Source of the DNA: Spirochaetia bacterium
GTDB lineage: Bacteria > Spirochaetota > Spirochaetia > SP-2023
Reading direction: 5' to 3'
Length of the DNA stretch: 64,000 bases
NCBI GenBank assembly: GCA_965225855.1
Contig: CBDDCK010000005.1
Location: 992,001-1,056,000 of the forward strand
How positions within the stretch are numbered: the stretch's first letter is position 1; each line of letters opens with the position of its first letter. A program made the position numbers and the translations under genes. Positions 10,749 to 21,302 of this stretch are shown here, piece by piece. Under the pieces are notes generated by a model that did not search any database, was not told the DNA's origin, and saw only the letters and a program-made list of their open reading frames with translations.

Positions 10749-11499
10749 ATGAAAAAAATATTACAAGAGTTGTACATTATTTTTGATCGTCCTACTGCCC
10801 ATAAATATGGCAGGGGCGTTCAATATTTTATCTTTGCCAATATTTTTGTGAGTATTTTGATAATGTTTTTAGAGACGGATCAATCGCTAAAATCCTATAT
10901 ATCTATTTTTGAAAAGATTACTTTTATCACTTCTATTATCTTTTCGATAGAGTATATATTGTGTGTTATTAGTTATCCTCATCATAAAATTAAATTTATT
11001 TTTTCTACTTTTATGCTGATTGATTTAGCCATTTTATTGCTCTTTTCGCTCTCATTTTTTATCGATATAAATTCTTTGATTTTTTTAAGAATGCTTAGGT
11101 ATTTCGTATTTTCAAGCTTTTTAGGGTAGCCAAATTTGTAACATTTGAAAACATTATTTTTGACATTTTCAAAAGAAGAAAAGAGGAGTTTTTATATATC
11201 TTGAGTGGTTTAATGATTTTGTTGTTGATCATAACACCGCTGGTCTATTTGCAGAATACAAGGCTCAACCAGAAGTCTTTTCGGATATGGCGATGACGCT
11301 ATGGTGGGCTGTCGTAACCTTTACAACGGTCGGCTATGGGGATATGTATCCTATTACCACAATCGGGCGTATTTTGACGGCGATTGTGAGTTTTTTGGGC
11401 ATAGCCCTTTATGCTATTCCGGGGAGCATTTTTACCTCTGAATTGTTAGATAAAATAAAGGAGCGAAAAATGGAAGATGATCAAAACTCAAAACAGTGA
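10749..11499 (+). pseudogene. voltage-gated potassium channel, frameshifted
   Basis: TM segments; S4-like LRMLR/VFRIFKLFRVAK split across frames; pore motif TTVGYGD in the 11287-11499 fragment; at least two frameshifts. Confidence 0.8.
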
Positions 11500-11554
11500 T
11501 TCAATCATAATTTATAGCCTGATGTTCGTTTACCAATTTTTTTCATAAAAAGGG

Positions 11555-12328
11555 TTAGCGAACAGCTAAAAAACACTGGCAGTATTTGTCAATGTACTGT
11601 TGGTATTGGCTATATTTATATTGCATAATATAGCGTGGATGCTCTAAAGCGATAATTTGGTCAAAAAATTGGAATTCCTGATTGAGTTGTTGTAAAATTT
11701 TAAAATTCTTACTGCTCCCTAGGCAAAAAGCCGTATCTGTGCGAAAGCAATCCCACGATAGCAATTCTTGAATATGCTCTACTATTTTTTTCAGGCATAA
11801 GGACAATAGCTCTTTATTTTCGTAAAAATTGAAATTGATCTTTTTGTTGCCTTTATAGCGAATAAAGCCCAACGGCAGCAAAGATTGTATCAGAAAATCA
11901 TTGTAAAATAATGCCACTCGATCATCTATTTCATTGTTGCTCTTGCTGCGTCCATATACTGCAATCATCTTATAAATAAATTCTGCAGACGGTTCGCGAC
12001 TATCTGGCCCATGCCAAGCGATACCACAATCCTGTGCTAAACGAATGGTATCGGTAAATTGCACGCCAGTAATTCCAGCCCCCAAGCGGCCCGGGTTAAT
12101 ACCAAAAATCAAATGGCGTGCCGAGCAAAAATCAACAAAACTAGAGCCTAAAGAGTCTAAAGCGCAATGATAAAATTTTTGGTAAAATTGACAAAATGAA
12201 GCAAATGTTGCTTGATTTTCCAAGGGATAGAGCAGGCGAACTTGAGTTAAATTTTTTTGCAGAAATTGTTCTATATCGGGCAAGCGATAATTTTGATAAT
12301 ATTGGCAAATTCTACTATCTAAATACAT
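11555..12328 (-). CDS. uracil-DNA glycosylase superfamily protein (SMUG2/DUF4918-like)
   Basis: GINPGRLGAGITGVQFTD, EPSAEFIY and LEHPRYIMQYK motifs. Confidence 0.8.
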   Translation of the reverse strand: MYLDSRICQYYQNYRLPDIEQFLQKNLTQVRLLYPLENQATFASFCQFYQKFYHCALDSLGSSFVDFCSARHLIFGINPGRLGAGITGVQFTDTIRLAQDCGIAWHGPDSREPSAEFIYKMIAVYGRSKSNNEIDDRVALFYNDFLIQSLLPLGFIRYKGNKKINFNFYENKELLSLCLKKIVEHIQELLSWDCFRTDTAFCLGSSKNFKILQQLNQEFQFFDQIIALEHPRYIMQYKYSQYQQYIDKYCQCFLAVR

Positions 12329-12453
12329 ATTTTATTTTTCCGTCTCCATGATCCTATTTTTCGATTGCTGTATGGTAAAATATCGTTTCAGCTCTGTCCA
12401 TCAACATGCTTTTTATATTTTAGTTACAGATTAGTTACAGAAAGGAAAAGTCT

Positions 12454-15400
12454 ATGATAGATAACAATAACTTTAAGCAATTGTTACAGTATTTAGGATT
12501 TTCTGAAAACAACCATATTTTTAGCAAAAACTTTCCTTCTGGAAACTTTTACCTAAAAGTGGATTTTCAAAAAGAACAAATCATGTATCCCGAAGACCAA
12601 GGTTTCAAAGTACATGAACGGCAGACTTGTAATTTTTCGTCTGATGAGAATTTTGTCGTCTTTGAATGCGTGCATCGGCTTTTGGAAAAAGGCTATAACC
12701 CTAAACATATTGAGCTTGAACCCAAATGGAAACTTGGGCACGGCGCAAGCGGCGGACGGGCAGATATTTTAGTAAAAGACCAAGAAGAGAAGTCATTATT
12801 GATTATTGAGTGCAAAACAGCAGGCGATGAATTTAAAAAAGAAAAGCAAAAAATGCTTAGCAACGGTGGGCAATTATTTTCTTATTTTCAACAAGAAAGA
12901 AGTACAGAATATCTTTGTTTATATACCAGTGATTTTATTAATGACACGATAACTTATGAAAATGCGATTGTAAAAACGCAAGATAGACAACAGGATATAC
13001 AGGCTTTTAATGATGGTGATGAAAATATTAAGCTGTATAAAAATGCGCAAAATAACCAAGAGCTTTTTGAGGTTTGGAAAGAAACTTTTAACTGCTATTT
13101 TCACTATAAAGGCATTTTTGAGTACGATGTCAATGCTTATGAAATAGGAATTAGACCCCTAAAAAAAGAAAATTTAAAACCATTCTTAGAAGCAACTGGG
13201 CTATTTAATGCCTTTATGGAAATATTGCGGCACAATAATATTTCGGACAATGCCAATGCCTTTAATCGTATTTTGTCTTTATTGCTGTGTAAAATTGTTG
13301 ACGAGAAAAAAGAGGAAGGTGAAGTTTTAGATTTTCAAGTCAAAGAGGGCGAAGATACGCCAGAAAGAATACAAGACCGTTTGCAAAGACTCTATGCCGA
13401 AGGAATGAAGCAGTATTTAGATGAAGCAATAGTGTATTTTGAAGATGAGGAAATTCAAAATATTATTGAGCACTATAGGGAAACACCTATTGAAAAAATA
13501 GAGGATATGTTTAAGCAAATTAAATACTATACCCAAAATGAATTTGCCTTAAAGGAAGTACATAATAGAGAATTATTTTTACAAAACGCCAGAGTGCTCA
13601 ATGAAATTATTAAAATGCTGCAAAACTACCAATTTCGCTATAGTAAAAAGCAGCAAATGCTGGGTGATTTTTTTGAATTGCTTTTAAATCACGGGATAAA
13701 ACAAAACGAGGGGCAATTTTTTACTCCTGTGCCGATTGTGCGTTTTATGATTTTATCTTTAGGTTTAGACAAGATAGCCAAAAGAAAATTAGCTCAAAAA
13801 CAAAATAGATTCTTACCAAAGATTTTAGATTTTGCTTGTGGTGCCGGGCACTTCCTAACCGAAAGTATAGATGAATTGCAGCATTTTATTGAGCATATGC
13901 AGGACAATGAAATACAAGAAAATGAAAAACAATTGTTGGCCAACATAAAGCAATATAAACAAAGTACACAGTGGGCCAAGGATTATATCTTTGGTATAGA
14001 AAAAGATTATCGCCTTGCCAGGACTTCACAAATTGCTTGTTTTCTCAATGGCGATGGCGATGCCAATATTATTTTTGGCGATGGTTTAGAAAATCATGAG
14101 AGGCTAAACTTAAAAGAAAAATTTGATGTAATTTTGTCGAACCCGCCTTATTCTATAAAATCTTTTAAGAATTATGTAAGCTCTGAAGTAAGCCAAAATT
14201 TTACACTTTTTCAGCAACTGACAGAAAGCTCCAAAGAAATAGAAACCCTTTTTGTAGAACGCACGGCACAGCTCTTAAAAGATGGCGCCAGAGCCGCGAT
14301 TATTTTACCTTCTCCTATTTTGAGTAATGATTCTGAATTACACCAGCAAACAAGAAAAATCATCTTAGAACATTTTAATATTAAAGCCATAGCCAGCTTT
14401 GGCAGCGGTACTTTTGGGGCTACGGGAACCAACACCGTTATTTTATTTTTGGAAAAGCGAAACCCAGATTATGCCACAGATAGGCGTTATATTAGTGAAG
14501 ATTTATTTAGCCAAATAGCACGTGATAGTTATTTAGATAGGGAAAGATTACTAGAACTATTTATTGATTACCGCAATTTAGATATAGAGGATTATAAAAC
14601 TTTGATGGGTCGTAATCCTAATGAAAACATTAAAAAGCAAACTTTTTATCAAGATTATCAAACTTGGTTTGATAATTTAACAGAGATTAAGAAGCTAAAA
14701 CAACAAAAAACATTTACAAATCTCAAGCCAAATGAGCAAAAACAAGAATTAGAAAAAAGATTTTACGATAAGATTTTGGCAAAAGAACAGGAAAAATTTT
14801 ACTACTTTATGCTTACGCTCAAAGATGATTTGAGAATTAAAGCCACTAATGGCGAAGCCTATAAACAGCAAAAAACCATTATTATACAATCGCAATTGGC
14901 AGGAAAACAAAATGCCAAAGATTTCTTGGGTTATGAATTTTCTACTCGAAAAGGCAATGAAGGGATTAAGATTAACCGCAACGCCCAAGGCCAAGCCATC
15001 AATAAAATGTATGATGACAATGACCATACCAATAGCCAAAAGGCCAATAGTTATATTCTAAAACATTTTGAAAATAAGCAGTTTGCAGCGATAGATGAGT
15101 CTTTACAAGACCACCTAAAAGTAGCCACACTTACCCATATGCTGGACTTTGAAAAAGCAGTTTTTAGCAACACCTTGAGCCTAAACCCGAAAAGCAATAG
15201 CGAAGAACCGCAAAATACTGAAATAAAAAGCCAATGGGAGTTGGTTAGGTTAGAAAAACTCTTATTAAATATTAATGGCAATATTACAAAAATAGAGAAA
15301 AAAGAAATTTTAGAACAAGGTGATATACCCGTTATAACACAAGAAAAGATTTTTATATCTGGATACTCTAATCATGACAAAGTTATTGATGATTTACCAT

Positions 15401-16311
15401 TAATTCTTTTTGGGGATCATACTTGTACTTTTAAATATATAGACTTTCCTTTTGTTCGTGGCGCAGATGGCACACAGCTATTAAAAATAGATGATAAGAA
15501 ATTATTGCCTAAATGTTTTTATTATATGTGTTTCTTATTGGAAATTCCAAACAAAGATAAATATGAAAGACATTTTAAATATTTAAAAGAAATCAAAATC
15601 CCCCTGCCACCACCAGAAATACAAACAAAGATTGTAAGCGAATGCGAAGCCATAGACCAAGAGAGCCAAAGCGCACAACAAACGATTACACAGGCCAAAG
15701 CGGAAATTGAAAGTAAGGTAAAGGCCGTAATTGATGCGGGACATGCAGAAAAGAAATTGGGGGAAATTGCAGAAATAACAAGAGGAGCTTCCCCCCGACC
15801 TATAAGGAATTATTTAACAGAAAATGAATCAGGTATAAATTGGATAAGGATAGGTGACGTATCTGTTTCTTCCAAATATATAACTGCAACACAGCAAAAA
15901 ATTACAATTGAAGGTGCGAAGAAATCGAAAATAGTTAAGAAAGGCGATTTTATTTTATCTAATTCCATGAGTTATGGCAGACCATATATTTTAGATATTG
16001 ATGGCTGTGTTCATGATGGTTGGTTAATTCTTTCTGATGTGAACTTAGCAATCAATAAAGATTATTTGTATAACATTTTGTCTAGCCAATTAGTACAAGA
16101 ACAATTTTCAGGATTAGTTACCGGTGTAACTGTTGATAATTTAAATGTATCAAGAGTACGATCTGTTACAATCCCCGTTCCGCCTTTGGAAGAACAAAAC
16201 CAGCTAATTAGAGAAGTGGAATTGCTGGAAGATAAAATTTCCCGTGCCCAACAAACCATAGAACAAGCACCAAAGCAAAAGCAAATGGTTTTAACAAAAC
16301 ATCTACAATAA
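12454..16311 (+). CDS. single-chain restriction-modification enzyme (HsdR-N nuclease + N6-adenine MTase + two HsdS-like TRDs), Type IIB/IIG-like
   Basis: ADIL..IIECK nuclease motif; GQFFTP, LDFACGAGHF and NPPY MTase motifs; two S-domain repeats ending IPLPP/IPVPP; N-terminus recalls Campylobacter Cj1051c-type enzymes. Confidence 0.9.
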   Translation: MIDNNNFKQLLQYLGFSENNHIFSKNFPSGNFYLKVDFQKEQIMYPEDQGFKVHERQTCNFSSDENFVVFECVHRLLEKGYNPKHIELEPKWKLGHGASGGRADILVKDQEEKSLLIIECKTAGDEFKKEKQKMLSNGGQLFSYFQQERSTEYLCLYTSDFINDTITYENAIVKTQDRQQDIQAFNDGDENIKLYKNAQNNQELFEVWKETFNCYFHYKGIFEYDVNAYEIGIRPLKKENLKPFLEATGLFNAFMEILRHNNISDNANAFNRILSLLLCKIVDEKKEEGEVLDFQVKEGEDTPERIQDRLQRLYAEGMKQYLDEAIVYFEDEEIQNIIEHYRETPIEKIEDMFKQIKYYTQNEFALKEVHNRELFLQNARVLNEIIKMLQNYQFRYSKKQQMLGDFFELLLNHGIKQNEGQFFTPVPIVRFMILSLGLDKIAKRKLAQKQNRFLPKILDFACGAGHFLTESIDELQHFIEHMQDNEIQENEKQLLANIKQYKQSTQWAKDYIFGIEKDYRLARTSQIACFLNGDGDANIIFGDGLENHERLNLKEKFDVILSNPPYSIKSFKNYVSSEVSQNFTLFQQLTESSKEIETLFVERTAQLLKDGARAAIILPSPILSNDSELHQQTRKIILEHFNIKAIASFGSGTFGATGTNTVILFLEKRNPDYATDRRYISEDLFSQIARDSYLDRERLLELFIDYRNLDIEDYKTLMGRNPNENIKKQTFYQDYQTWFDNLTEIKKLKQQKTFTNLKPNEQKQELEKRFYDKILAKEQEKFYYFMLTLKDDLRIKATNGEAYKQQKTIIIQSQLAGKQNAKDFLGYEFSTRKGNEGIKINRNAQGQAINKMYDDNDHTNSQKANSYILKHFENKQFAAIDESLQDHLKVATLTHMLDFEKAVFSNTLSLNPKSNSEEPQNTEIKSQWELVRLEKLLLNINGNITKIEKKEILEQGDIPVITQEKIFISGYSNHDKVIDDLPLILFGDHTCTFKYIDFPFVRGADGTQLLKIDDKKLLPKCFYYMCFLLEIPNKDKYERHFKYLKEIKIPLPPPEIQTKIVSECEAIDQESQSAQQTITQAKAEIESKVKAVIDAGHAEKKLGEIAEITRGASPRPIRNYLTENESGINWIRIGDVSVSSKYITATQQKITIEGAKKSKIVKKGDFILSNSMSYGRPYILDIDGCVHDGWLILSDVNLAINKDYLYNILSSQLVQEQFSGLVTGVTVDNLNVSRVRSVTIPVPPLEEQNQLIREVELLEDKISRAQQTIEQAPKQKQMVLTKHLQ

Positions 16312-16647
16312 AGGTGGTGGCTGGTAAACTTTTGGTTTGTTTCGGTTGCTTCAGTGGGCTTTTCCAAGCAAAAATATAAGCAAGGCCTAAGAAAGCTCTG
16401 GGCAGAATTTCAACGAAAAAAACCAAGATACAAAAATGCCTCGCTGATAGGCCAAACCGCTTAGACCGAATGCCCAATATTGCTTGCCGTATTTAGTCGC
16501 GGCTCTTCCCGTATTTAGCCGAAGCTCTTCCCGTATTTAGCCGAAGCTCTTCCCGTATATGTCCCGAGCGCAGACCGCAAATAACTTTGGCAATATATTG
16601 TTTGTTTTGTAGGGTGATGGTTTTCGCAAAGTATCTACAAAAGCAGT
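16246..16647. repeat. island spacer block copy 1 (R-M 3' tail plus conserved non-coding segment)
   Basis: Sequence recurs at 18875-19440 and, split, at 21753-21845 and 22173-22670. Confidence 0.9.
16487..16552. repeat. 22-bp tandem repeat, 3 copies
   Basis: Unit CCGTATTTAGCCGAAGCTCTTC, no spacers. Confidence 0.95.
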
Positions 16648-16805
16648 CCCCGCTCCAAATCTGTAAATAAAAGAGTCTTTATGGTTAGAGTATTTGCGTC
16701 TGTATTTTCCATATATACCACAAAATAAAAGAATAAATAGCGTTTATAAAATTCATGATTAAGCCAATGCCGCTGGAATAATGGGTATTGTAATTTATTT
16801 ATCCG

Positions 16806-16834
16806 TTGACAAAATTAGATAAAGTTATTATTTT
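16806..16834 (+). promoter_or_regulatory. putative sigma70 promoter of the ATPase operon
   Basis: TTGACA-17 bp-TATTTT about 100 bp upstream of the ATG. Confidence 0.45.
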
Positions 16835-16930
16835 CCTTTGCACAGGCCTCCTTAGTAACGCTAGCTTATTTTGGTTAGTATTCTCAAGGGGCGTTTTTTG
16901 AGAAAATAAATATTCTATTCAAAGGTTTTA

Positions 16931-18316
16931 ATGAAAATAAAATTTGAAAACTTAGGCCCAATTCAGTCGGTAGAGCTGGACACATCAAAAAAATTAAACG
17001 TAATCATCGGGGAAAATGGCGTAGGAAAAACCTACCTTTCTATTGCTACCTATTCTTTATTGTTGGGTCGTTTGGGGCCATTTTATACATTTATCAATCG
17101 TGATATTATTAAAAAAACATTAAAGCATAGCCAGAAAGAAGGCAAAGACACATTAGAACTAGACTATGACTTACTGTTGCAAAACATAGAACAATACAAT
17201 CAAGCACAGAAAAATAACTATCAAAAACATATACCAAACTTTGTAAATTACACATTTGCTAATGGTTATAATGATAATATCTTCAAAGATTTAGCAATTG
17301 AAATAACTATTGATATTCAAGATTCTATATATCAAGATTTGATAGATTATATTAAGACTCAAGCAGAAAATATCCCAGAAATTACTATAGATAATCGATT
17401 TACCACATTTTATAAACCCCAAAAAATAGAGTTTACAGCAGAAAATATTGATTGGAATGAATGTATAGAAGAAGCTAATAGTATTTTATGTGAAAATATT
17501 CTGCCTAATGATATTCAAAAAGTACTATTTCTATCTGCGGAAAGGGCAGCAATAAACTTATTTAGTAAAGAACTTGCTATCAAAAGAAACAATCTATTAG
17601 ATGAACTTTTAGAATCTAGCAGGAAAAATAATAGCAATAGTACATTGCAAGAATTACTAAACAAAGGCAAGAGATATGTTGTGCCCATTAGAGAACAGTT
17701 AGAATATGCCAATGATATTGCCAACATATCCAAAGATTTAGGTGTTTTTGCAGAGCTAGCTAATGAAATAGAACAAGAAATTTTGCATGGAACATTAACC
17801 ATTAATCAGTATGAGCAAATCATATTTAGCCCAAATAATGCTAAATCAAAGCAAACACCATTAGATATAGCAGCCAGTTCGGTGCAAGTATTAGCAGGCT
17901 TTGTTCTGTTGCTACGCCACATTGCAAAAAAAGGAATCACTGTATTTATTGATGAACCTGAACTAAATTTACACCCTAATACGCAAGTTAAATTGGCTAG
18001 AATCCTAGTAAGAATGGTCAATGTGGGCATAAAATTAGTAATTAGTACCCATAGTGATTATATTATTCGGGAACTGAATAATTGCATTATTGCCAATGAA
18101 ATCAAAGACCAAGAAGAATATGCTGCTTATCATTTAGATAAAAATGATATTGAAATTACAAGATTGTATAAAAAGTCCGCTTCCGCTGAATATGTTACTG
18201 CGGAAAAAGTAGCAATAGAAAGCGATGGTTTTACAGCAGAAACCATAGATACAACCATTGAAGAACAAAATGATTTAAGTATAAAACTATTAAAAAAATT
18301 ATATGATGAGGAATAA
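16931..18316 (+). CDS. ABC-type (AAA_15/AAA_21-like) ATPase, probable defence protein
   Basis: Walker A GENGVGKT; LSAERAAI; signature-like AASSVQ; Walker B FIDEPELNLHP; H-loop STHSDY. Confidence 0.85.
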   Translation: MKIKFENLGPIQSVELDTSKKLNVIIGENGVGKTYLSIATYSLLLGRLGPFYTFINRDIIKKTLKHSQKEGKDTLELDYDLLLQNIEQYNQAQKNNYQKHIPNFVNYTFANGYNDNIFKDLAIEITIDIQDSIYQDLIDYIKTQAENIPEITIDNRFTTFYKPQKIEFTAENIDWNECIEEANSILCENILPNDIQKVLFLSAERAAINLFSKELAIKRNNLLDELLESSRKNNSNSTLQELLNKGKRYVVPIREQLEYANDIANISKDLGVFAELANEIEQEILHGTLTINQYEQIIFSPNNAKSKQTPLDIAASSVQVLAGFVLLLRHIAKKGITVFIDEPELNLHPNTQVKLARILVRMVNVGIKLVISTHSDYIIRELNNCIIANEIKDQEEYAAYHLDKNDIEITRLYKKSASAEYVTAEKVAIESDGFTAETIDTTIEEQNDLSIKLLKKLYDEE

Positions 18317-18322
18317 TAAATT

Positions 18323-18847
18323 GTGAGTTTAAACAATTTTTTTCATGAAAAATGCAAAGAGCCAATAAGAAGTGGTGAAGTTATTTTAAAAGAACAAGAT
18401 AGAAAGGGAAAAATAGTAACCAAACAAAGAATAAAAATAAATAATATAGCTAATACAATTATCTTGAAATTAGATTGTGAACCAGTGAATTATTTCTTTA
18501 ACGAAAAGCAAAAAATGTGTGATTATGCGATTTTAGTCTATAATGAAAGCAATAAAACATTAAAAGCAATATGTATAGAGTTAAAAAGTTTCGCTTTAGG
18601 GGACGCTAATATTCAATTAAATATGGGTAATAGATTATTAGAATACTTAATTGATATTTATAAAATTGATAAAAATAGTATAAATTATAATGTCACTTTT
18701 AAGGAAATAGTATTTATAGCCAAAATAAAATCAGGCAATAAACTTACCCGTAAAAATGCTAATAGTATTGGTAAGAGTAAATATGAAATCCTCTACTATA
18801 CAAATAATGATAATAGCTATAATTTATCGAAGTTAATTGTGATATAG
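18323..18847 (+). CDS. hypothetical protein with PD-(D/E)XK-like motif
   Basis: KMCDYAIL...ICIELKS...QL pattern; starts 6 bp after the ATPase stop; RBS GAGG. Confidence 0.6.
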   Translation: MSLNNFFHEKCKEPIRSGEVILKEQDRKGKIVTKQRIKINNIANTIILKLDCEPVNYFFNEKQKMCDYAILVYNESNKTLKAICIELKSFALGDANIQLNMGNRLLEYLIDIYKIDKNSINYNVTFKEIVFIAKIKSGNKLTRKNANSIGKSKYEILYYTNNDNSYNLSKLIVI

Positions 18848-18874
18848 CCCACAATATAATGCCGGTTAAAAATT

Positions 18875-19440
18875 GATATGCTATTTTAACAATCCCGCAA
18901 AGCCCAACAAACCATAGAACAAGCGCCAGAGCAAAAGCAAATGGTCTTAGAAAAACATCTATAAAAAAAGCAGTGGTTGGTAAACTTTTGGTTTGTTTCG
19001 GTTGCTTCAGTGGGCTTTCCCCAGTAAGAACATCAGCAAAGCCTAAGAAAGCTCTGGGCAGAATTTCAACGACAAAAAACCAAGGTACAAAAATGCCTCG
19101 CTGATAGGCCAAACCGCTTAGACCGAATGCCCAATATTGCTTGCCGTATTTAGTCGAAGCTCTTCCCGTATTTAGCCGAAGCTCTTCCCGTATTTAGCCA
19201 AAGCTCTTCCCGTATTTAGTCGAAGCTCTTCCCGTATATGTCTCGAGCGCAGACCGCAAATAACTTTGGCAATATATTGTTTGTTTTGTAGGGTGATGGT
19301 TTTCGCAAAATATCTACAAAAGCAGTGGTTGGTAAACTTTTGGTTAGGGTCGGTTGCTTCAGTGGGCTTTCCCAAGTAATAGAATAACCAAGGCCTAAGA
19401 AAGCTCTGGGCAGAACTTTTTAGGGCTTTGGTTATTTTAA
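18875..19440. repeat. island spacer block copy 2
   Basis: Begins with the MTase-end/HsdS-tail sequence also at 21753-21845, then the block shared with 16312-16647 and 22173-22670. Confidence 0.9.
19144..19231. repeat. 22-bp tandem repeat, 4 copies
   Basis: Same unit as at 16487. Confidence 0.95.
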
Positions 19441-19565
19441 CAGCAATAACTAACTTAGAAATATATTAAGTCCTATTATTGTTTAGCAAATAAAATATCA
19501 TAATAGTTTATTAAATATATAAACAAAACGATAATAAAATCAATATAACAAAAAAGGAAACTTAA

Positions 19566-20018
19566 ATGATTAAAACAATAACATTAAAACAAAGTACAGG
19601 GCTTTACCAAACTAAGACACAGTTTCCCAAAGAAACAAAACAGTTTCCCGAAGAAACAAAGTTTTCTCAAGTCAATTTAATTTTTGGCTGGAACTATTCC
19701 GGCAAGACGACATTGGCCAGAATATTTCAAGATATTGCCGATGGCAAAATAGAGACACAAGAAGATTTATCTAATTATCAAGCTAAAATTAAAGTCTTTA
19801 ATGCAGACTATGTCGCTAAAAATATTAAACCAGAACAACTAAATGGCTTTGTTACTATTGGAGAAACAAACATTGAGCTAGAACAAAAAATAGCGCAATT
19901 AAACCAAGATTTAGGCACACAACCTGATGAAGCAAACCAAGGCAGCGGGCTATATTGGCAACAGTCTGAAGTACAAAATCAAATAAAGTTGGTAGAACAA
20001 CAAGATATAAAGGAGTAA
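19566..20018 (+). pseudogene. truncated 5' duplicate of the RloC-like ATPase
   Basis: Near-identical to the first ~147 codons of 22795-25080 (GWNYSGKT Walker A), then stops. Confidence 0.85.
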
Positions 20019-20020
20019 AA

Positions 20021-20260
20021 GTGGTTCAGCCAGATTTTTGGAATATAGATATAGAAAAGAAGTTTTTTACAGAGGCAATGAAAAACTTTGCTTCTTCGGA
20101 ACAATTATTTTACCGTTTGAAAGATGGATACTTTGCTTATGTCCCTAAAGAAAAGAGCACTGAAGGCCAAACTTTGCAAAGCAGAAACACCTTAATTGGG
20201 CAGTTTACCGAAAAATGGTGCAAAGATTTTTTCAAGCCAAATAGCATAAGGAAGCGATAA
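20021..20260 (+). pseudogene. probable N-terminal fragment of an R-M-associated endonuclease
   Basis: 79 aa with TLQSRNTLIGQFTEKW, ends abruptly; lies in an R-M cluster; family not certain. Confidence 0.35.
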
Positions 20261-20266
20261 ATAAAA

Positions 20267-20449
20267 ATGGAAAATAAAAAATATGAAGTACAAATTTATT
20301 ATACAGGTTTCTGTAATTACCAAGTTTCTGCTAAAGATGAATCAGAAGCGATAATTAAAGCAAGGAATCTAAAAGTTAAGAAAAAAGAGTTTTTAACGAC
20401 ATTAGAAAGTTGGGAAGAAGCTGACACGGCTATAGGAATACCAGAATAA
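20267..20449 (+). CDS. small protein, DpnD/PcfM-like
   Basis: KYEVQI...VSAKDESEAIIKAR pattern resembles the DpnD/PcfM family; R-M context. Confidence 0.4.
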   Translation: MENKKYEVQIYYTGFCNYQVSAKDESEAIIKARNLKVKKKEFLTTLESWEEADTAIGIPE

Positions 20450-20535
20450 AAAAAGAAGAATCTAAATTACCGTTAAATTATATCACTATTAGAACTACCA
20501 AAAGCCGAATTAATAAAGGTTTACTGGCGGTTCCT

Positions 20536-21279
20536 GTGTCTTTAATTGAACTCTTTCCTAAAAATATAAATAAGATATTTCTAGTAGATGAATACGGAAA
20601 AATTGAGTCTAAAACATTTACGCCTTATAACAGTAAAAGCCGAGAATGTAGAATTGGCGGTTTAAGAAAGTTTTATGAGAGCTACAATGTAGTAGATGGG
20701 GACGAGTTAGTTATTCAATTACTTGATGATGAAAAATTTAGAATAATGCCTGAAAAATTATTTCAGAGTATATTGAAAGATAAACTCGTTCATTTTGAAA
20801 ATTCAAATAATGAAGCTGAAATAGAAAAGAATCTATGCCAAATTTCAAACATCACGAACCTATCTAAAATTGAATTTTTGAAAAATGATTTTATTCTTCT
20901 TTCAAAAGAAAAAATCGGAGGGCGCAATAATATAGAGAAAAATAAAATTCTGGTAAAAGAAAATGTACCCTATTATATTAGGAAAATTCTACTTGAATTG
21001 TATTCAGGAAAATGCCAAATTACTGGATTTACATTCTTGACTAGAAAAAATATACCATATTTCGAGTTACATCATATTGCCCCTCAAAAAGGAAATCACT
21101 TAAAAAATTTACTTGTAGTTAGCCCAAATATTCATGCACAATTTACTCACGCAAATATAGAACAGTATTTTGATGATGATGGATGGCTTAGAAAGGTTAA
21201 GTTTAACAACAATGAATTTAAGGTTTTTCAGATAATTGATGAATTACAAAAGAGTTTTAAAAAGGAAATTCATTTTTGA
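20536..21279 (+). CDS. HNH endonuclease
   Basis: YSGKCQITG, FELHHI, NLLVVSPNIHAQF; the frame stays open about 37 codons upstream without ATG, so the start is uncertain. Confidence 0.75.
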   Translation: MSLIELFPKNINKIFLVDEYGKIESKTFTPYNSKSRECRIGGLRKFYESYNVVDGDELVIQLLDDEKFRIMPEKLFQSILKDKLVHFENSNNEAEIEKNLCQISNITNLSKIEFLKNDFILLSKEKIGGRNNIEKNKILVKENVPYYIRKILLELYSGKCQITGFTFLTRKNIPYFELHHIAPQKGNHLKNLLVVSPNIHAQFTHANIEQYFDDDGWLRKVKFNNNEFKVFQIIDELQKSFKKEIHF

Positions 21280-21302
21280 TTTTCGTCTAATATATTAACC
21301 TA

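Noticed and set aside
16650..18847. Retron- or Septu-type system
   Set aside because: No reverse transcriptase, and the partner lacks HNH motifs
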